This document shows positions 60,521 through 64,000 of a stretch of DNA of 64,000 bases, piece after piece. The position numbers were made by a program, and so were the translations under genes. This DNA is from Somniosus microcephalus (lineage: Eukaryota), in the NCBI GenBank assembly GCA_052327205.1, contig CM126209.1:61876001-61940000 (forward strand), given 5' to 3'. Position 1 is the stretch's first letter. Every line of letters begins with the position of its first letter. A model generated the notes under the pieces. It was not told the DNA's origin, did not search any database, and saw only the letters and a list, made by a program, of their open reading frames with translations.

Positions 60521-61617
60521 CCAAGCAGATAAAAATTGGTACACTACAAAATCCAGAAGCTGTTTGTAACTTCTGTCGTACGAGAGGACAGAGGGTACTA
60601 AGGAGATGTGCACCATGTCCATGGCCCTCAGATTTGAGGATACTAAAAGGTGGGCATTCATTACATTAGGAAAAATCATAGGGCGAGAGGCTACAAGCAA
60701 TTTGATTGGGAGGGAGGAAGGTAGTTATTGCACATGTACACAATAGCAACATTCCCAAAACTAGGTGGGGGGTGAAGAGGAAGGAAAGAGGACAGTTGTT
60801 TGTACATTTCAGAAAATTTCTCATTTCACAATGCTGTCCTCTTGAATGTTTAGGACCAGGAATATTGTTGCAAAATACTTCATGCCTGGTTTCAGAGTTG
60901 ATTCTTCTCACATCCTACTTCCTTGCTCACCTTGTCCAGTGGTTGCTTATGCTGGGGATTGGTTCCACTGATACAAGCTGCACTCTAGCACCTTGTTCAA
61001 GTGGCAATTCTACACATGAGCTTGGACAAGGAGTGTCAATAGGCTAGGTTAACCGTGGGAGGAAGTTAGGCAGCGCAGCCAAGCCCAACAATATCCTCAG
61101 CCCATGTCTGTACACATGCACTTTCAGCAGGAGTTCACTGGATAGCAACAGGGAGTTGGAATCCAGCTGATCTGTCAGCTACTGATGAAAGCACGCAATT
61201 ACAGGAAGCAACCAAACTTCAGGAGAATTCAAGGTTGCGTACCCGAGGTTGCATTCAACAGCTGTTTTACAAACACCACACAAGACGAGGAGAAAAAGGT
61301 ACCAAGTTAGATTCCACCACCACCCATACAAAAAGCACAAGTTCTGTCACCTTTCAACTACTTAATGTGGATTCACTATAGTGGATCTATAGGATGGCTC
61401 CTGTTAGAGAAACCTGGGACACTGAAAGCTATTAAATCTGTTAATCAACCCCACCAAGAGTTAGTTTTTGATTCAGAAACTGCATGAAATGAACTTGAAA
61501 CTGAAAGTAGATCACTGAAGGCAGGACACTGCAGCTGAAGCAGGATTTTTGTTGCAATATTTATTCCTAGTTACTAAAATTACTATATTCTTCTCTTCAA
61601 CCAGAAATGTAACTTAC

Positions 61618-61744
61618 TCTGTGGAATATCCTCTGCTCTGTAAATCTTCAAAAGGAATGTCGCCCATCGAAGCGTGAGGCCTGCGGGGAGCAGCAGGTTG
61701 CTTTCAACATCGTCCCGCTCTTCATTTGTCTCTTTTTTCTCAAT
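61618..61744 (-). CDS. MYOF: Myoferlin exon, FerI/start of C2C (IEKKETNEERDDVESNLLLPAGLTLRWATFLLKIYRAEDIPQ)
   Basis: tag/gtaagt splice sites; DDVESNLLLPAG and YRAEDIPQM motifs. Confidence 0.95.
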
Positions 61745-63483
61745 CTATTGAACAGAAGATATTTTTTTATTTTTTAAAAAGGCTGATGCATTAATAGTCA
61801 GATAGAAGCTGCAGTGAAGCATAACATTACTTTGTTGTTCCTGCCGCTCACCAACTTCTTAATCTAGCCCATCATGTGAGGGGCTTTGGCAGGGAGATGT
61901 TCCACTGTGACACCAACATCACCCCTTGGTATTCAATGATAGTTTAGGTGCAGTTCAGAGCCTTCGTTCCCTGTAGCCATTTCATTGCCACAAATCCACT
62001 CCACAGTTTGGCATTTGGTCCATTAGATCTTTTGTCACTGAGAAAGAGTGCCCTTGCCTTTCTCTGTAGTGCTGGAGGACTGTGTTCAGGCCGAAGTGGG
62101 CATCGATCAGGATCCCCAAGTATTGATATGAAACAATTGGATCAGATGCCTTCCTAGTTTCCCACTATACCTTGGAGATTCCCTTGACTTGTGCAAAGCC
62201 TTCGTAGTGCACTTTCCAAAACTTTGTGCACGCCAAGGTGGCCACGGAACGAGATCACATGGTATCCACCCATTCGCTTGAAGCCTTCTGCGACCATCGG
62301 GAACCACTGTACACTCCATCTCAAACAATATCACAATCTAACACTTTTAAAGTGTACTTTTAATTTGAGTGGGCCACTTACATTAGTGGTGGCCCTCCTT
62401 TTGAAGGGGTCACTTGTAGTGGTATTTGTCCTGGTGACATTGGGCTCATGGCCAGATCAAAATAGTCCTTCGTACCACACTTGGGGCACCCAACACCATA
62501 TCCCACTGGCTATCCCATTATTCAAACTGGTGAATGGAGCACACCAGATCGAAGCGAGTCTGGCAGCATCACAATATCAAGCAAGAATAAGCCCTGCAAT
62601 TCTTCCACATACTCTCGAATAGACATGCCAAGGCCATCGCTTCTAATGCTATTCAACACATCAATGATTTTAAGTTTTATTCACTTTCTGCACACATCCA
62701 TCTTGAAGTACATCCCTATATGCAATATACTGAATAGGAATGCCATAATTAGCATTACTAGCTGGAAGTGCTCAAAAGCCATTACTACACCCCATTACTA
62801 TAAAGTAATTATAACATTAACCCTGCACATGCATGGATATCTCGCCATCTTTAATATTGAATAAACAGGTTATTTTGTAGTTGGCAGCTTTCCCCTGCCC
62901 GTTCCTGGAGTACCAAACTGAACTTTCCAGTTAGATAGTTGAGAAAATGTGTTACTTTGCAGTTTTGGTTTCAAACAAAAAACAGACTATTTCTACTGAC
63001 TCCACCTTCACTTATATTAACTTATCCTCCATCTAACAAATTTAAAAAACTATTTTACTCTTTCCTGAATCTCTGCCCTCATCATCTATTCTCCAGATAG
63101 GACCCATACCATTCAAAACTGGCCAATTTGTGGTCCATTTTCAGTCATGGCTCATATGATGCATTGTTTGGGTCGTATTGATTTTTTCCATCTGTTTTTG
63201 CAGGCCAAACTATCAGAATTCTCATTAGCAATCACAGCAACACAAGAATGCCTTACAACACACAGTAGTGATGCAACACACAGTAGTGATGCTCTAAGGG
63301 TCAAGATTTGTATTCTAATGAATGCAGATATCAGCAAGTGATCCTAAACATTACACGCAGCTCAGTGGCCTGGGGACGCTATTGAACCATTTATAGAACC
63401 AGGGAACATGATACACAACCATTCGGGATAACCCTCATTTTGTTACAAGGATGAATTCATACACATTCCACAAAATAAATTAC

Positions 63484-63599
63484 CGGAGGCTCATCTCCTG
63501 TTGCCAAGACAAATAAGCTGACTTTCATGTATCCCTTGGATCCTGTACTTGGGTCTTCAGGATCATGAAGGAGTAGCCATTTCCTTAGAATAGCATGTC
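63484..63599 (-). CDS. MYOF: Myoferlin exon, end of C2B/FerI (GHAILRKWLLLHDPEDPSTGSKGYMKVSLFVLATGDEPP)
   Basis: cag/gtaat splice sites, 116 nt. Confidence 0.95.
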
Positions 63600-63794
63600 C
63601 TGTGGGGGAGTAAAAAACTTGCTTAAATAACTTTATCCAACACCAATCACACTACACTGCCCAACAATAGCTCACAGAACTTAAAGCAGAAAATGCATTA
63701 GGTTATGCTCAGCAGTGTGGGGAACATTTACCATTATGTATCTTTTATTCCATTTTGAATTAAACCATTCCATCACCACAACCAGGTCACAAGA

Positions 63795-64000
63795 TAGAGA
63801 TCTGGCCCAGGTGGACTGGATCAAAAGATTGGAACATCAGACAGTAAACGAGCAATGGGAGGCCTTCAAAGAGAAGGTTCGGGTACAGACCAGACACATT
63901 CCAGGAAGGGGAAAGGAAGGGCATCCAAAGCTAGAGTGCCCTGGATGACTAAAGATGAAAATGAAACAGGAAAAGGAGGCTCATGATAAACAGCAGGTTC
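63795..64000 (+). mobile_element. CR1 ORF2 internal fragment
   Basis: DLAQVDW..TVNEQWEAFKE..HIP..PWMT-like linker between APE and RT. Confidence 0.55.

Noticed and set aside
61181-61205. CTGATGA resembling a hammerhead core
   Set aside because: No stem II hairpin followed by GAAA
989-63599. Alternative identity as dysferlin, otoferlin or FER1L5
   Set aside because: DysF domains exclude otoferlin-type ferlins; peptides such as [20 protein letters not shown] and YRAEDIPQMDDAF match myoferlin as I recall it better than dysferlin; a phylogeny would be the definitive test

Overview
Eukaryotic intron-rich DNA. The repeat content (CR1/L2/Rex1 LINEs, a DeuSINE-like SINE, Penelope LTRs) suggests a cartilaginous fish, by inference. 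The whole window lies inside one minus-strand ferlin gene, recognisable as myoferlin (MYOF). I traced 29 GT-AG exons in a continuous frame, from the end of C2B through FerI, C2C, FerA, FerB, DysF and C2D/C2DE; these include two short frame-preserving cassette-type exons (39 and 57 nt). The start and stop of the gene are outside the window. The introns hold a young full-length but frameshifted Gypsy (Mag-like) LTR retrotransposon, three solo LTRs, nested CR1 LINEs, a Rex1/Babar LINE, L2 and SINE remnants, and a 500-N gap flanked by a ~1.07 kb duplication that is probably an assembly artefact. The most interesting items are: (i) a 348-bp near-perfect Penelope-type palindrome with a minimal hammerhead ribozyme motif in each arm, just downstream of a MYOF splice donor; (ii) an intronic CpG island with CCAAT, CRE and YY1 motifs and a splice donor, ending in a Helitron-like 3' terminus, possibly a captured promoter and first exon; (iii) a template-switch micro-inversion that distinguishes the two Gypsy LTRs and erases the TATA box in one. 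All coordinates and translations were read by eye; no database searches were run.
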